NCBI GenBank assembly: GCA_951406725.2
Contig: OX597831.1
Coordinates: forward strand, 54,126,001-54,190,000
Source of the DNA: Octopus vulgaris
Lineage: Eukaryota
Reading direction: 5' to 3'
DNA length: 64,000 nucleotides
This document shows, piece after piece, positions 12,791 through 26,700 of this stretch. Numbering within the stretch: position 1 is the stretch's first letter; the number at the start of each line of letters is the position of its first letter. Both the position numbers and the translations under genes were made by a program. The notes beneath the pieces are model-generated. The model saw only the letters and a list, made by a program, of their open reading frames with translations. It searched no databases and had not been told where the DNA came from.

Positions 12791-13748
12791 GGATGTCGCT
12801 TCTCCCACTACCATTATAGGTGTCTACTCTTCGAACCCCCCCCCCCCTCTTCAATACGCTATTTCACCATGCATTACCTCTCTCTCGATATCCTACGTTC
12901 TACTTGCCTAGAACCTGTCATCATTTCTCTGAACCACCCCTCCCCACTGGTGCTTCCCTATATTTCTGCACCCCCCCCCCACATAAAAAGCACCATCTGA
13001 CGTGGCCGATGCCAGACCCCTCTGGCACCTGTGCAGGTGGCACGTAAAAAACACCCACTACACTCGCGGAGTGGTTGGCGTTAGGAAGGGCATCCAGCTG
13101 TAGAAAAACTGCCAGACTAGACTGGAGACTGGGGCAGTCCCGAGCTCCCCAGACCCCGGTCGAAACCGTCCAACCCGTGCTAGCGCGGAAAACGGACGTT
13201 AAACGATGATGATGATGATGATATATACACACAGGGTTGACCATAAGTCACCTGATAGTAAATCAAAACCATTTAATTCCAAGATTTATTTATGTTTTAC
13301 AATTGAATGAATTTAATAAAAGCATCTAAATATGAAGCATCATGAAAATCGTTCAAAATGAAGTCCTTATTGAGTGACACATTTTTCCATTCGAGTCAAT
13401 ACAGAATTAGATAGTATTTATGGAATTTTGATCTTCAGTCAGGTGACTTTTGGCCAACCCTGTATATATATATATATATATATTAATGTTTGTTTTTACG
13501 TTCAGTTGTAATAAAAACAATTTTATATTAACCTGATGGACTAAACAAGAATGTTGTTGACAGTGACTTCAATGTTTTGGCCTGCTAAGCCATCACCAGG
13601 CAGTCCAGAAACTTTTAAATCACTGTCACAATATTCTTGTTTGAGAATAATAAAACATATATATATATATATATACACAATATTTAATAAAATGATGTAG
13701 CGTGAAACGATCGTACCAAATTACTGAAGTTATTCTTGTTGTTTATTT

Positions 13749-13784
<36 letters not shown>

Positions 13785-16700
13785 TAATCAATACCAAAAT
13801 AGTTTTTTGTGAAATTTGATGCTTCACTTTTTATACAAATGTTTCTTATTTTTTTTGTTTTTGTTTATTTCTGCAGGTGTAGGCATTGCAGCATTAGTGC
13901 ATTTAATGTTAATTTGTATATACCAAGGTCCTGTCGTAGCAGAGGTGGCAAGTTATATGTTCATATCTGTAGCTCAGCAGCCATATTTATGGGGAACTTG
14001 TGACAATTCATGGAATACAAATTACTGTTCTCCAGGTGTTGTAAGGTAAGATTTCCTTATGTGTATGCTTTATTTTATAACGGAACTCTTAAGTATTATT
14101 TTATATAGCAACAGGCATGAATGGATGGTTAAGAATTTCACTTCTCAGTCATGGGAGAAGGGTTTAGTTTCAACCTCACTGTGATAACATTTCTAGCAAG
14201 TATTTTCTACTATATATTCTTGAGTGAAATTAGTTTAGCAAAAACTGTGTGGAAGCTCATTGGATGAACTAGAGCTGTAATTCAAAAGGTTAGCTTCATC
14301 ACAATGTCACACTAAGTGTGCCTGAGAATTACGTTAAGGATGCATGTGTTTTGGGGTTACTCAGCTACTTGCACAATAATATAGCAGTTCCATTGATTGA
14401 GCTGTTGGATCAAAGCAGGAATTACATAGTAATTCTTAATTACATCGTGGCTCTTAGATGTGTGTTGTTTGTAGGTCATTGGAATTTTGAAGGCTGCACA
14501 AAAAAAGAAAATTATGTTGGCCAAATATTATCACAAAAGTGATGACACGATTTTTTAATTTTTTTTTTAACCTTCTTACAACTACATTACTAATGATATT
14601 CTCTTATCCCCTACCAGCATATCCTAATTAGAGCACTACAATAATTCTGCTACAGGTTGATTAGTGATTTCATCAGATGAAAGGTGCCATAAACAACAGT
14701 GTTAAAAGAAATCAATATTTGATAATGAACATTGTGTTACTTTTTTCTGTCTTCCCTACTACTTATATTGAAATAGAGGTATTTTTGTGACCTATTTTTC
14801 AATTTGTTGCAGTTCTATAACTGGTTTGCCAGAAATGACAAAGAGATCAGCATATGAATTCTATACGTTAGTATTATTTCTTTAACTCTTTTATATTTTC
14901 TATATTATATTAACTGTATTTATTTTAATTTTTTTTAGCTTTTTTATTTCACCAGCAGTTATGTTATTTTCTTCATAATTGTATAATTTCACTTCCTTTT
15001 CTATAATTTACTTCATTAAATTATGAGTCTAGTTTAATGTAATTAGCAGTGTGCTTGTTTATTACATCTTTCTCAGTGAGTAACCAACAGAGTTGATTGC
15101 CAATTTCTGAACATAGGTTTGATACATTCCTCATAAGCTTTATTCCTTTATTGAGAAAATATTTTATTAACGCTTCTTTTTATGTTGAGTTATAATAAAA
15201 ACAATTTAACATTAAACTGAGGAATTATTCAGTACCTTTTGTAGAACACATATTTATTATACTTTTTGCATAAAAATAATCATAACGACTTTGAAGTCAG
15301 TTACTACTTTTTGTAAATGTATAATGAAAATATTTTACATAGATATATATCTATTTCCTGGTATTTTTTAATTGATTTTGTTCTTCTTTAGTCATTTTAT
15401 TTTGGAGGTTGAGGGGAAAGTAGTCCAAGTATGCTGCTCAGTTTAACACATCACCTGGTCCTTGAGAGCCTTTAATATAGTTCATTCTGTTAAAAGCATT
15501 TGACAAGACTGCACTAAATGCCTAATTTGCATATCTGCAGTTCAGTCTTACCAGTTCAGGAAGGCATCACAAGGTTATGAGTACTACTCTGCTTCTCTTG
15601 TAAAAAAAAAAAAGATTTAAATGTAATCTTCCATTGAGCTGGCAGCACATACTGGTTTCAATTCTCTTATTCAAACTTATTTCAAATATACCAGTGATGC
15701 CTTTGAGAAAAGAATGACTGTCATATTCTCAATGTGCTATGAATTTGTGGCTGTGTGGATTAAGTTTTTAAAAAAAAAATGAATATATTTATTTCAGTAA
15801 AGCAACATGTTTCTAAGTATTTTTTTTTTTTACCCAGGTTTGAATTCTGGCAGATTACTGATGGTATCGATCATGTTCATGGATTCCCGCATTGGAGATT
15901 CACAGAAACAGTCAGTCGGATGACTGTACCTATGTTGCCTATTGCATCTGCATCAGTTTGGCTCCTGGTACTATTGATGGTAGCACTTGGCGGACGTGTC
16001 TTTGGTTGGGTTAGTACCTTTTTAATTATAACTACTTCATTACTCTACCTACTTTGTTATTGAGATAAATATTTTTCCTCATTTGTATGACAGTTATATT
16101 TCTTCACTCCTACATCTGATAAGAAGTCATCAATCATATGAACAGTATTAGTTTCTCACAATTTCTGGAGAAAGTGATTTACAGGCTTAATTATTCATCC
16201 AATAAGGTAATTTTGCTGTAATAAATTGCCACTTCATATATTAGCATCAAATAGAATATCTGATACTAGTGCTGCTCTTTCCCCTTTTATGTGTTAATAT
16301 ATAAGTTCTGGTTAGAGTAATAATAGTAATTTTTTTTTTTCATGTTGTTGTTGTAAAACATAAAGCTGATCTTTTCATCTTTAATCAATTTGTTTGCTGT
16401 GGTTCTTTTTCCCCTTTCATCATTTTCAGTCTCACAGTCTAACTATTTTCAATATCTAAGCAGATAAATATATGTAAATTACAGTGTGTATGTATGTATG
16501 TATATGTGTGTATGTATGTATATCTATCTGCGTATGTATATATGCACTATTAAGATGAGTTATCATTAGCTTAATATGACCACTTCAGATTATTAACCTC
16601 TTCTTTTTATTTGTATCATTTCATTTTATAGTATGTTTGAATCAGTTTAGTCTCAGTCATATTTAGGGATCTGACTCCTACATTTAAGCATATCTTTAGT

Positions 16701-19700
16701 TGTGTTTAATCTTTAACCTAAGGTTTTGCAGCTCTCTTGAACTCTAACACTGGGTTTCAATATCCTTTACCCCTACATGTCATAGTCTGTTAATGGTTAA
16801 ATGTGTTAAAAATTGTTAGAAAGGAAATTTTGGTGTCCAAACAACCCAAAGATTGTTATTGCTGTTTAGCCTAGAGTCAATTTTGATCAAAAGTGTTCCA
16901 ATCATGTCCATCCTTTTTATTTCATTATCCAATATGTCTTTCTTTCCCTTTTCTAAGACAGTTGGGTGAGATTTTTGTCTAACAGTTTAAGCAGTGACAT
17001 AAATGCTTCACAACACACATGATGATTATAGTAGAATGAACTGGTTGAAATATAGTATAGGAGAAAGATACATGTCTGGAAAATTTAGCATAGCTTTATT
17101 CTAAATAATTTCTAAATAATTCACTCCATTACTGTGAATTTTACCTAATTTTGCTTTTGTACTTCATTTCATATGACTTAAGTGAAATATAATTGCACAG
17201 GTGCTTCTGTGCTCATCTAAAAGTTGTCAAAATAATTGTCATTTGCATTTTAAGAACAAATTAACTCTAGTTTATCATCATTACTAGAATTAAGGTGAGG
17301 TAATAGCTGAAATAAAAAGAAAAAAAAGAGAGTAATAAATTCAATATCTAGCAGTTTTTAAATTCAGGTGTCATTTCTCTACATTTTGTGTTTAAAATCC
17401 CACTGGAGTTAACTTTGCCTTCATCACTTCTGAGTCAATAAAAATAACGTGAAATAATGCCAAGTTTAATTCAATCAGCAATATCCTCTCTCTCTTTCTC
17501 TCTCAATTTATAGACCTGTGCTGATGTGAAAAGTCATTACTGTTGTCACTATTGTCTTGCTAAAGCCAAGATTTTGGTAACTGAATTGTGGTAAATTCTT
17601 CTCAATATCATATGTTCATTCTATCTTGGTCTTTTTTTTTTCCATTAGAATATGAAGTTTTAGATGAGATGTTTGCTATCTCAGACAAACATATACCATA
17701 GATAGAATTTTTTTTTTTTTTTGGTCATTGATTGAGGTGTAGACAACAAAGATTGCTACATTATTTGTTTTGTTGGTAACTTTTAGAAAATGATAGGAAA
17801 ACACAAACTTTGTATGAGAATCGATTCTTTAGTTCATTAATATCATTGTTACATAAGACATAAAAAATTAATGCAAATGTCTGTTTCTTTTGTGCTCAGA
17901 AATCTGAGGTGAGTTTTTTTTTTTTTTTTGTGAGTTTTTTTTCTATGTCCCTTATTGATAAATATCGATTTTTGAAACAATACTGTTCTTTAGTATGTGA
18001 AATATACATGTATATTAACATATAGCTATTATTTTAATGGAATATGTCTTTTGTGTGTTGTCTTGTGTGTAACCATATAGAAACATTGAACTTTTGAACT
18101 TGGAAAATGGAAATTTCTTGGATCATGGACCTCTGATAGTATCCACTTAAAATATAGGCATTTCTTCTGTGATTGTCTAAAAAAATAAGCTTTAAATTTT
18201 TTATTAGTAATGTTGTAGCAAATGGTTGCTAGGGTTGGATCCACTGGTTTCAGCTGAAGTCATTCTAAGATTCTTTGAATCTCAAGGTCTGTAATTTTGC
18301 TTATTGATAAAATCCTTCAGGTGAAAATGATTTTCATTGATCAGTATCAATTTTCTTGTAGGTGTAAAAAATATATCTATTTTCATAGTGTTTTTGTTGG
18401 TTTGTAGGATATAAATTTTGCATCAAATGAATATTAGAAAATATATGATAAATTTCTATCATGAAATTTATCATCACCATTATCTTCATCTTACTGGAAT
18501 TTTCAAGATCTCATATTCTCATTTAATTTTCTTAACCAAAACTTGGTTTATGGTCTGCCAATTAACCTTGCTTTAATTAAAATAAGACAGTTATTTTGGA
18601 CCTTTTCCCTGTTGAAATTATTAACTGCTATAACACATTGAAGATGTACATCTTTCATTATTATGGGCTTCAATTTATGCCTGCGAATATAGAGAGAAAT
18701 AATTAAAATTATACAACACAGACTACAGCTATTTTCAGTAAGATGGTTACTGATGTGACAACACATGTGGATATATATACACATGCATACATATGAAATT
18801 TATCATTTCTAATTCCAGCGAGTCATGCAAATATCAAGATTTGAATAATCTTCCAACCCATACTATCATAAGATAAAACTAATGTAAAAAAGTTATTTGA
18901 AATAAAATGGTGTATGGTCAAATTTTAGTTTGCTGGCAGAATTGCTTTTCATCCTTTCAGAGTCGATTAATTAAGTACCAGTTGTGTACTGGGGTCAATC
19001 TAATCGACCTTTTGGGCCTTGTGCCTAGAGTAGAAAAGAATATTTCAAAATAGATATTCTTATCTTGCACCAATTATGCTACAAAAATATGGAGATATAT
19101 AAACAGTGACAAAAATGGGTTAGCTTACCATTAATATAAGCCTTTTGACACTGAGTCTGGTCTTTCTTGTTTAAGGTAATCTAAATTAAAACTTTCCATT
19201 AAAATTTTTTGTGTTAATTTAGGTTTCAAATATCATCTTAATAATGGCAGTTATTTTATTAAATTCTTCAATATTTTCAAGATAAATAATTCATAAAAAG
19301 GCATTGTATTTTCAGAGAAATGTGTTAACAAAGTGAAGGCATGCGGCCAAGTGGTTAAGGTATTTGGCTTGCAACCATAAGGTCCTGAGTTCAATACCCA
19401 GCAGTGCATTGTATCCTTGAGCAAGGCACTTTATTTCACATTACTCTAGTCCACTCAGCTGTCAAAAATAAGTTGTACCTGTATTTCAAAGGGACAACTT
19501 TGTCACGTTCTATGCCACGCTGAATCTCTTTGAGAACTACATTAAGGGTACACATGTCTGTGAAGTGCTCAAGCACTTGCATGTTAATTTCACCAACAGG
19601 CTGTTCTGTTGTTTGGATCAACTGGAATCCTCATCGTCATAACTGACAGAGATCCAGTTTATGGTAACAAAAGGGTTAAATAGAGCATTGAAGCATTTGA

Positions 19701-20575
19701 TATTGTTAATCATTGAAATGCACATCAATATATGCCAAAGATAGCATAAGATTAAGAAAAAAATGCAGCTGTATTATTAGACATTATAAGGTATATTTTT
19801 CTTTACTTTCAGATTTTAGCTGTTGTTACTCCTATTGCAATCTCCTGTACACTGGTTGTATTAGGTTATGGACTTGCACGCTTAGATCAAGAACCTACAA
19901 AAGACATGCTGAAACTTATTTTTACAATACCAGATTTTAAACTAAGTCATTTTACATCTGAAGATATCTTTACAGTAAGTTATTGCTTTTTTTTTTCTCT
20001 CCCCCACTTTCTCTGATAGTGGATATTTGAACTTAATAATCTAGGGTTTCCTAAACTCTGATTTTCTGATAACTCTTACTTGTCAGCAGTCAGTTTTACC
20101 TTTCATCCAGTTTTAGTGGTCAATAAAATGCTAACCTGATACTGTGACAAAGCAGTTAGTTGTCAGTGAGCTAAACACACTGCTCAGTTTCTATTCCTAT
20201 TGCTTGACTTATATTGCTAACATTCTTTAAAAGATTACAACTGTCACCACTGAAATCATTAATTCTAATATCATTGAGGAACACCAATGGTGATTACAAG
20301 TGAAGGAGAAAAGATAGATATTTAATGTCTGATCTCATTTGTCATTCTTGCATGAGGTAAATCATTCTTGTAATAAATGATAACTAAAATCAATTTGATC
20401 AATTTTAACTCTGATTTTTAAGGAAAATATGCCTTGTGGTATTTAGATACATCTCTTTACAATGAGTTCAAATCCTGTTGTAGTTGATTTTGCTATTCAT
20501 CTTCCAGGAAAGTACAGGAGTTAATTAAAACTTCATGGTTTGTGCCAATTAATAAATCACCATTATTATTATTAA

Positions 20576-20667
<92 letters not shown>

Positions 20668-20726
20668 ATTATTTGTTGTTGTTGTTGTTATTATTATTTG
20701 TTGTTGTTATTATTATTATTATTATT

Positions 20727-20757
<31 letters not shown>

Positions 20758-23700
20758 CATGGTCAAAGTGTTAGTGAAGAAGCTGGTGCTTGTCGTTGTT
20801 GGGCTGATTGGTGAGGCACAAACATGTTCCATTCCGAAGCAATCCATCCACCACAACCTTCACCTCATGCAATACATCATAGAGGGAATGGCTAGGGAAG
20901 CTGGCATGGATGGGCCTCAGATCAATTTAGATCAATTGAAAGCTTTTGATAGGGTCAACCATCGATATCTGGCAGCAGTCCTCAGAGCAGCCAGTTTTCA
21001 GGGGCTGGATCTTGACAATTTACAGTGGCATCTCCTCAGTGGTCAAGGTCAATGCCCACCTATCGGAATTGTTTAGTATTTTGCACTCGGTCCACCAAGG
21101 TTGCCTGCTCTTGCCTTTTCTGTATGTGTTAAGCTTAGAGCCACTCCTATGGAAAATGGAGGCATTGAGTGGCTTCTCACAAGAGCTAGGATGTAAGAGA
21201 AGTGTGTTGGCGTATGCAGATGTCACTGTAGCCATGTTGGACACCATGCACATTGAGGCAATCAGCACCACTCTAAAGGAATGTGAAGCAGCAACAGGAG
21301 CAAAGATTAACCTGGACAAATTAGTAGGTCTTTAACTCAGCACCCAGAGAAGCAGGTCTATGCTGTCCAACAGTGTTGTAGGGCACTGGACAGATGGACC
21401 GATTAAGCTACTCAGGGTCTGAAAGGAAACTGTCCCTGAAAGGTCAGGTGGAGGTGGCGAATACATACATCACATCTATCATCTATTACCGTCTGACCGT
21501 CATGCCTTGCCCTGAGTCACACCTGAACAAGTTGGAGCATGTATTTTTGCTTTATGTGGAAAGGGCACGTTCCTCTTGTCAGGCAGTCCAACTGCTGTCA
21601 ACAACTGCTGAATGGAGGGCTGGGCATGGTGTGGTTGCTGATGCATAGGCATGTGCTGTGGCTGTGGCATCTCCAGCGTTTCCTTGATGGTGAGTAGGTG
21701 TGGTTGCCCTTCGTCAGACCTGCTTTCCTCAACTCGTCTCCTCAATGGAACTGCAACCTTGGGTCGAGTGGAGATTGAGGGAGGGTGAGTGGCACCTTGA
21801 GTGCTGACAAGCCCTCTTAGTTGGTGGAATGTGATTGGTGGAAATTCTACCTTGGCATTCTATAGGGGGTTAGTGGAGGATAGGTGCAACAACATCCTTA
21901 GGGAGGCTCTGGCCTTTGATGAGGAACAACTGACCAATCTTTTCCAGAGGACTTTCAGGCCTGGGCCTATGGATAACTTTCAGAAATCCCTGGCCTGGCA
22001 GTGCTATCGAGGAACATTGCTGGTTCAGGATAAACTCCACAGGTACAGAAGTGCTGTCAGTCGGAGCTGCCCAAGATGTGAGCAGAGCAATGGAAAAGGT
22101 TCTGAACACAGTCATCTAGTGCCCGACAATTTCAGACATGTGGGTTTATGTTGAGCACTTGCTGTTGTGTGTTGCATGGATCTGGTTATCATCCAAGTCT
22201 ATTGTTAAGACTGCTCTGCCCCCTTCCTTTGGTTGGGAAGGCCAGATAGTTTTCATCTGCCTGGTGACCATGGTGAAAAAGGTTGTGTGGTGGACAAAGA
22301 CTGAAAGGGCTGAAAATGGGATCTTTCCTCTCTGGTGAATCTCTGATCAAGTTTTTCAGGTTTCACTTGAAGAGGCGCATCAAAATTATAGCAAATTTAT
22401 TGAAAGGTAAATGAGAGTGGCAAGCATGGTTTGTGTGAATGGGCCTGCTCTGAGCATACGCTTCTGAGTGGAATAAGAGAGAGAGAGGAAGCACTTGCCT
22501 AAGGAAAACCATGATTTTCTGTGGGGTTTGCACGGTTTTCCTTTGGAAGTCCCCTCGCCTTTGGGGAATTGTAATTGGTTAATTTTATTGTTTCCTTTCG
22601 TTATCATTTTATATGTTTACATGGTAAACCCCTCCATTTGTGATTTGTATTTGTGTCCCTGTGTGTTCTATGTAGGCCTGTGTGGCCAATAAACATTATT
22701 ATTATTGGTGGTGGTGATGGTGGCATTGGAGGTAGAAGTGATACAATTTTTCTACACTAAACATTGTGGCATAAGTATTTTATAATCTCTTAAGTTTTAG
22801 ATTTCAAATTGTGTGCTTATATTTAAAAATGAACTCCAATAAAAACTATCCTACCTGTATTACATATATAAAATAGTTGAAACAGTTTCAGAATATTCTA
22901 TAAATCTATATAGTTACTTGACATTATAGCTTTTATGGCTTTATAGAATATCGAAATACACTCTTTGCAAAATAATATGTATTGATACAATCTTCTTTTT
23001 TTTTTCCAGAAATGCATGAGTTCTTTCGTACACATTCAAATGGCCTTACCATTATGGTTTGGAATTGCTCCAACAATGGGTAAAATGACAGGCTTTGGAA
23101 AAATTCATAAAAATGTGTAAGTTAATCTGATTTTATGATACACTAAAAAAATAATGTGGAATTGAAATACTTTTGATCATTATTATATCTTGATAAGTAC
23201 TTATAATTAATAGTGACATGAATCTGATTCTAACAGTAATCCTTGTGGGTATGAATTAATATAAAAAAACTTTTTCCTAATGAAAAGATCTATAATAACA
23301 AAGCTTATTAGATGATCAAACTGTGACAGAAGCAGTATGATATTAATTCAGATGTATTCTATTTTAGAATGGAAACTTTCTTATCAGTTAATTAAAACTA
23401 ATAAATGACACAAGTTATATGAGGTTTCTCACACTATATTTAGTGTCTAATAAGTGAGACAGATAATTAATGATCTCAGCTCCCAGTGAAGATGTTCATT
23501 ATATGGTATGACCAACTGTTTTGTAAGATTATATCCTTTAGTTATCACCATTGTTTTCAGCTTATTCCTTTAGTTATCACAGTTGTTTTCAGGTATGGTT
23601 TTTATGTAAAATATTTATACTTGGGAAAAAACACCTAAGGGAATGCTACAGTGCAATGGTATAACATTGGTTGTTATTGGAAATTAAAGAAAATAGATTT

Positions 23701-26700
23701 GTATTGATATGTGAAAAGATACACTCTATTGTTAGCCTTTCTGGTGCTGAGGAATAAAAATTGTTTCTGGGAGTGAAAATACTACTTACTAAATACGTTT
23801 TCTCTAAATCCTACATCTGCCCCCTCTTGATACTCAAATATTTCCATATGCTTCTCTATATCTATTTCCTTATTCAATAATATTCTTCTTCCTCCTCCTC
23901 CTCCCCCATTAACATAAACTTCTTCACATCCCTTTTTATATCTTATCCCTTTTTGCAGGTTAGATTTGATGTTATGTAAGCAATTAAGTTTAAGAATTAA
24001 GACAGAAGGAAACAAAAGTACTTCAAAGACAATGGCATAGATATAATCATGATTTTGAAATTCTACCAGTTATATCAGCTGTCCAACTTTTAAATAATAA
24101 TCTCTGCTTTACAGAAACACATTGCAATGTTTTTCATTGCAAATAAATGAAACACTTTCAGTTTTGTCATACCTCTTTCTCATCCATTTCTGAAGTCAAT
24201 TTCCAATCAATTCTCATTTTTTCTCAAGATGAAAACACATTTCCAACTTTTCTTTGGCAAACTCAGCTAGATTTTGTTTAAAGTTACTGAAGCTAGCCAT
24301 TTCGAGAGATCTCACTCTTGATTAGAATACAATATCTCCATAGCTATAAAACTGTGTCTCTATCCATTTTAGCTTCCATATCTTGCCATCTTTTGCAGGT
24401 TAGATTACTGATAAACCACAGCTCTCACATCATGGTTGGCACCTCTCCAACTTGCCTGTAATTTCTAGTCAGAATTCGAAGTGGCAACAGTCACATCAGA
24501 AAGTCACCTAACAGATCAGCTTAAGCTTTTTCCTACTCGCACTCTCCCCTCTCTCTTTGTCTCTCTGTCTCTCTCTGTACCTCTCTCTCTATCTATTTAT
24601 TTATCATTTTTTTCTCTATTAAGCTCATTCTATTATTGATATTACTGTTTTCACACAAGATATCGGGTTTTTTTTTTTTTTTTGTTTTTACTTTTTTGTT
24701 CATGGAATATAAATATGTGACACACATGTACATACAGTTATCTAGACATGACTCACACTTTGTCTACAAACTCTTTTCATTAGCAAGCACCTCTGCCAAC
24801 ATCCCTATCCACAAATACTATTGCACATTCACGCATTTTAAACTCTTTACTTTTGAAGAGAATGTGTGTGGTAAAGTACTTGTTTATATATGTATATTTG
24901 TAAATATATGTATATATGTACATAAGTATATGTGTGTGTTACAGTACATGCATCTGTTTAGTTGTAATTCTGTGTATATATATATATGTACATAAGTATA
25001 CACATATAATGTGTTAAAGTATGTGTATGTGCATAAGTGTATGCATATGTATGTACACACACGTGGCTGTGTTTTTTTCTTCACAGTCACTTAGTTCTGG
25101 TTTTATTCTCATTGCACAGCACTTAGAACATATCTAAGTAAATGAGATACACACACACACACACACATATATATACATACGTGCATTTCACTATATACAC
25201 CTCCTTGTAACTTGGGTGTATGGGCCCTGCCCCCTGCCCTTCACATCTTCATCATCTTCTTTCTTTCCACCTGACAAGATGACACTTCTTTGTCATTCGG
25301 CACTACTCCCCTTCTGCTGAGGAATCTTCTCTTGCAAGTGACTTGGTGACCTCACTGGTGCTATGTAAAAGGCACCCAGTACACTCTGTAAAGTCATTAG
25401 CATTAGGAAGGGTATCCAGCCATAAAAATCATATCAATCGAGATGATGATCACACACATACACGCGCGCGCACACACAGAAACGCAAACACAATGGTGCA
25501 AAACAAGGTGGAAAAAATAATACACGAATACCAAAGGTAGAGTAAACACACACACACACACACACACAGACATACACATAAAACACTCGAAACCAAGTTG
25601 GTATTTTCTTTATTAAAGAAAGAAAATCAAGATTACTTTTTGATCTTTTTTTCTTTGTTATTGAAAAACAGCATCAAATATTTCCTTTTTTTATATATTT
25701 GAAGCCATTCTGTCAATGATTTTTTTTGTCTTCAACATTTATAATTTATATCATTAATATAAACATTTAATTAAAAATTTGTCTCTCAATTAAAAAGAAA
25801 TAAAGAATTGGGCTAAAATACATAAAAAAAGTATTAGCCATTTTGAAAATTAAAATGTACCAATAAACTAAAAATTATACAATTTAATTATCCATATGCC
25901 AACATAAATTTAATTTTTTTTCAGATATATCTTCTTACACACACACATGTGTGTCTTTATTTTAATGTTCTAAAAATTATTTTTTAAAAATTTTAATTTC
26001 ATAATTATACTTAAAAATAGCAGTTATTAAGTAGAACTTTAAAGTTTTCCAGCTACTAGTGTTTTTCACATATCAAATGTAGATGACCAATCACAACTTT
26101 TAAATGATTAGGGGAAAAAAAAACTTTTCCGTAAAAATTTTTTTTAGAAAAATGTGACAAATATATTGGAATTATCTGAATTTTATTTCAGAGAGTAACT
26201 AAATATTTAAATCTCCATTTTTTTTGTTGCTTTTTTTCTTTTTCCTTTTTATTTTTCTAAGTTATGGCATTCAGATATTTTATATTGTGAAACCTGACAT
26301 TACAAATATATATAATTTTGGAATAAGCTATTTTAATATGTTTAAATTCTTTGATAATTGTAACTATGATCCTTCAATATTTTATCATCTGTACTAATAT
26401 CTTTTTGTACTTGTTCTTTTTATATTATAGAACATGGTTATTAATGATACTGATGTATGGTGTCTTCTGGATGCTGCCTACATTAACTATGGCACCCTAT
26501 CTTGGCAATCTAATACAAAAATCTCAAGCAATACTTAGTGATGTTCCTCTTAGTGGTGTGTAATATTTTCTTTTATCTAAAACATTTCTTAGTATTATTT
26601 CTTGTCAGTTTTTATATATGTATAATTTGATTAGTAAAACATTTAGACAGCTGTTTTGTATAAAATATTAGGTATTATACTTTAAACCAGCCTCTATCAG

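Noticed and set aside
20542-20814. Poly-L/V/C/Y ORF resembling a signal peptide or TM segment
   Set aside because: It is a translation of the (ATT/GTT)n tract.
23534-23592. Two ~30-bp direct repeats, each ending in ttttcag
   Set aside because: A simple local duplication with no spacer (not CRISPR) and no in-phase exon needed.
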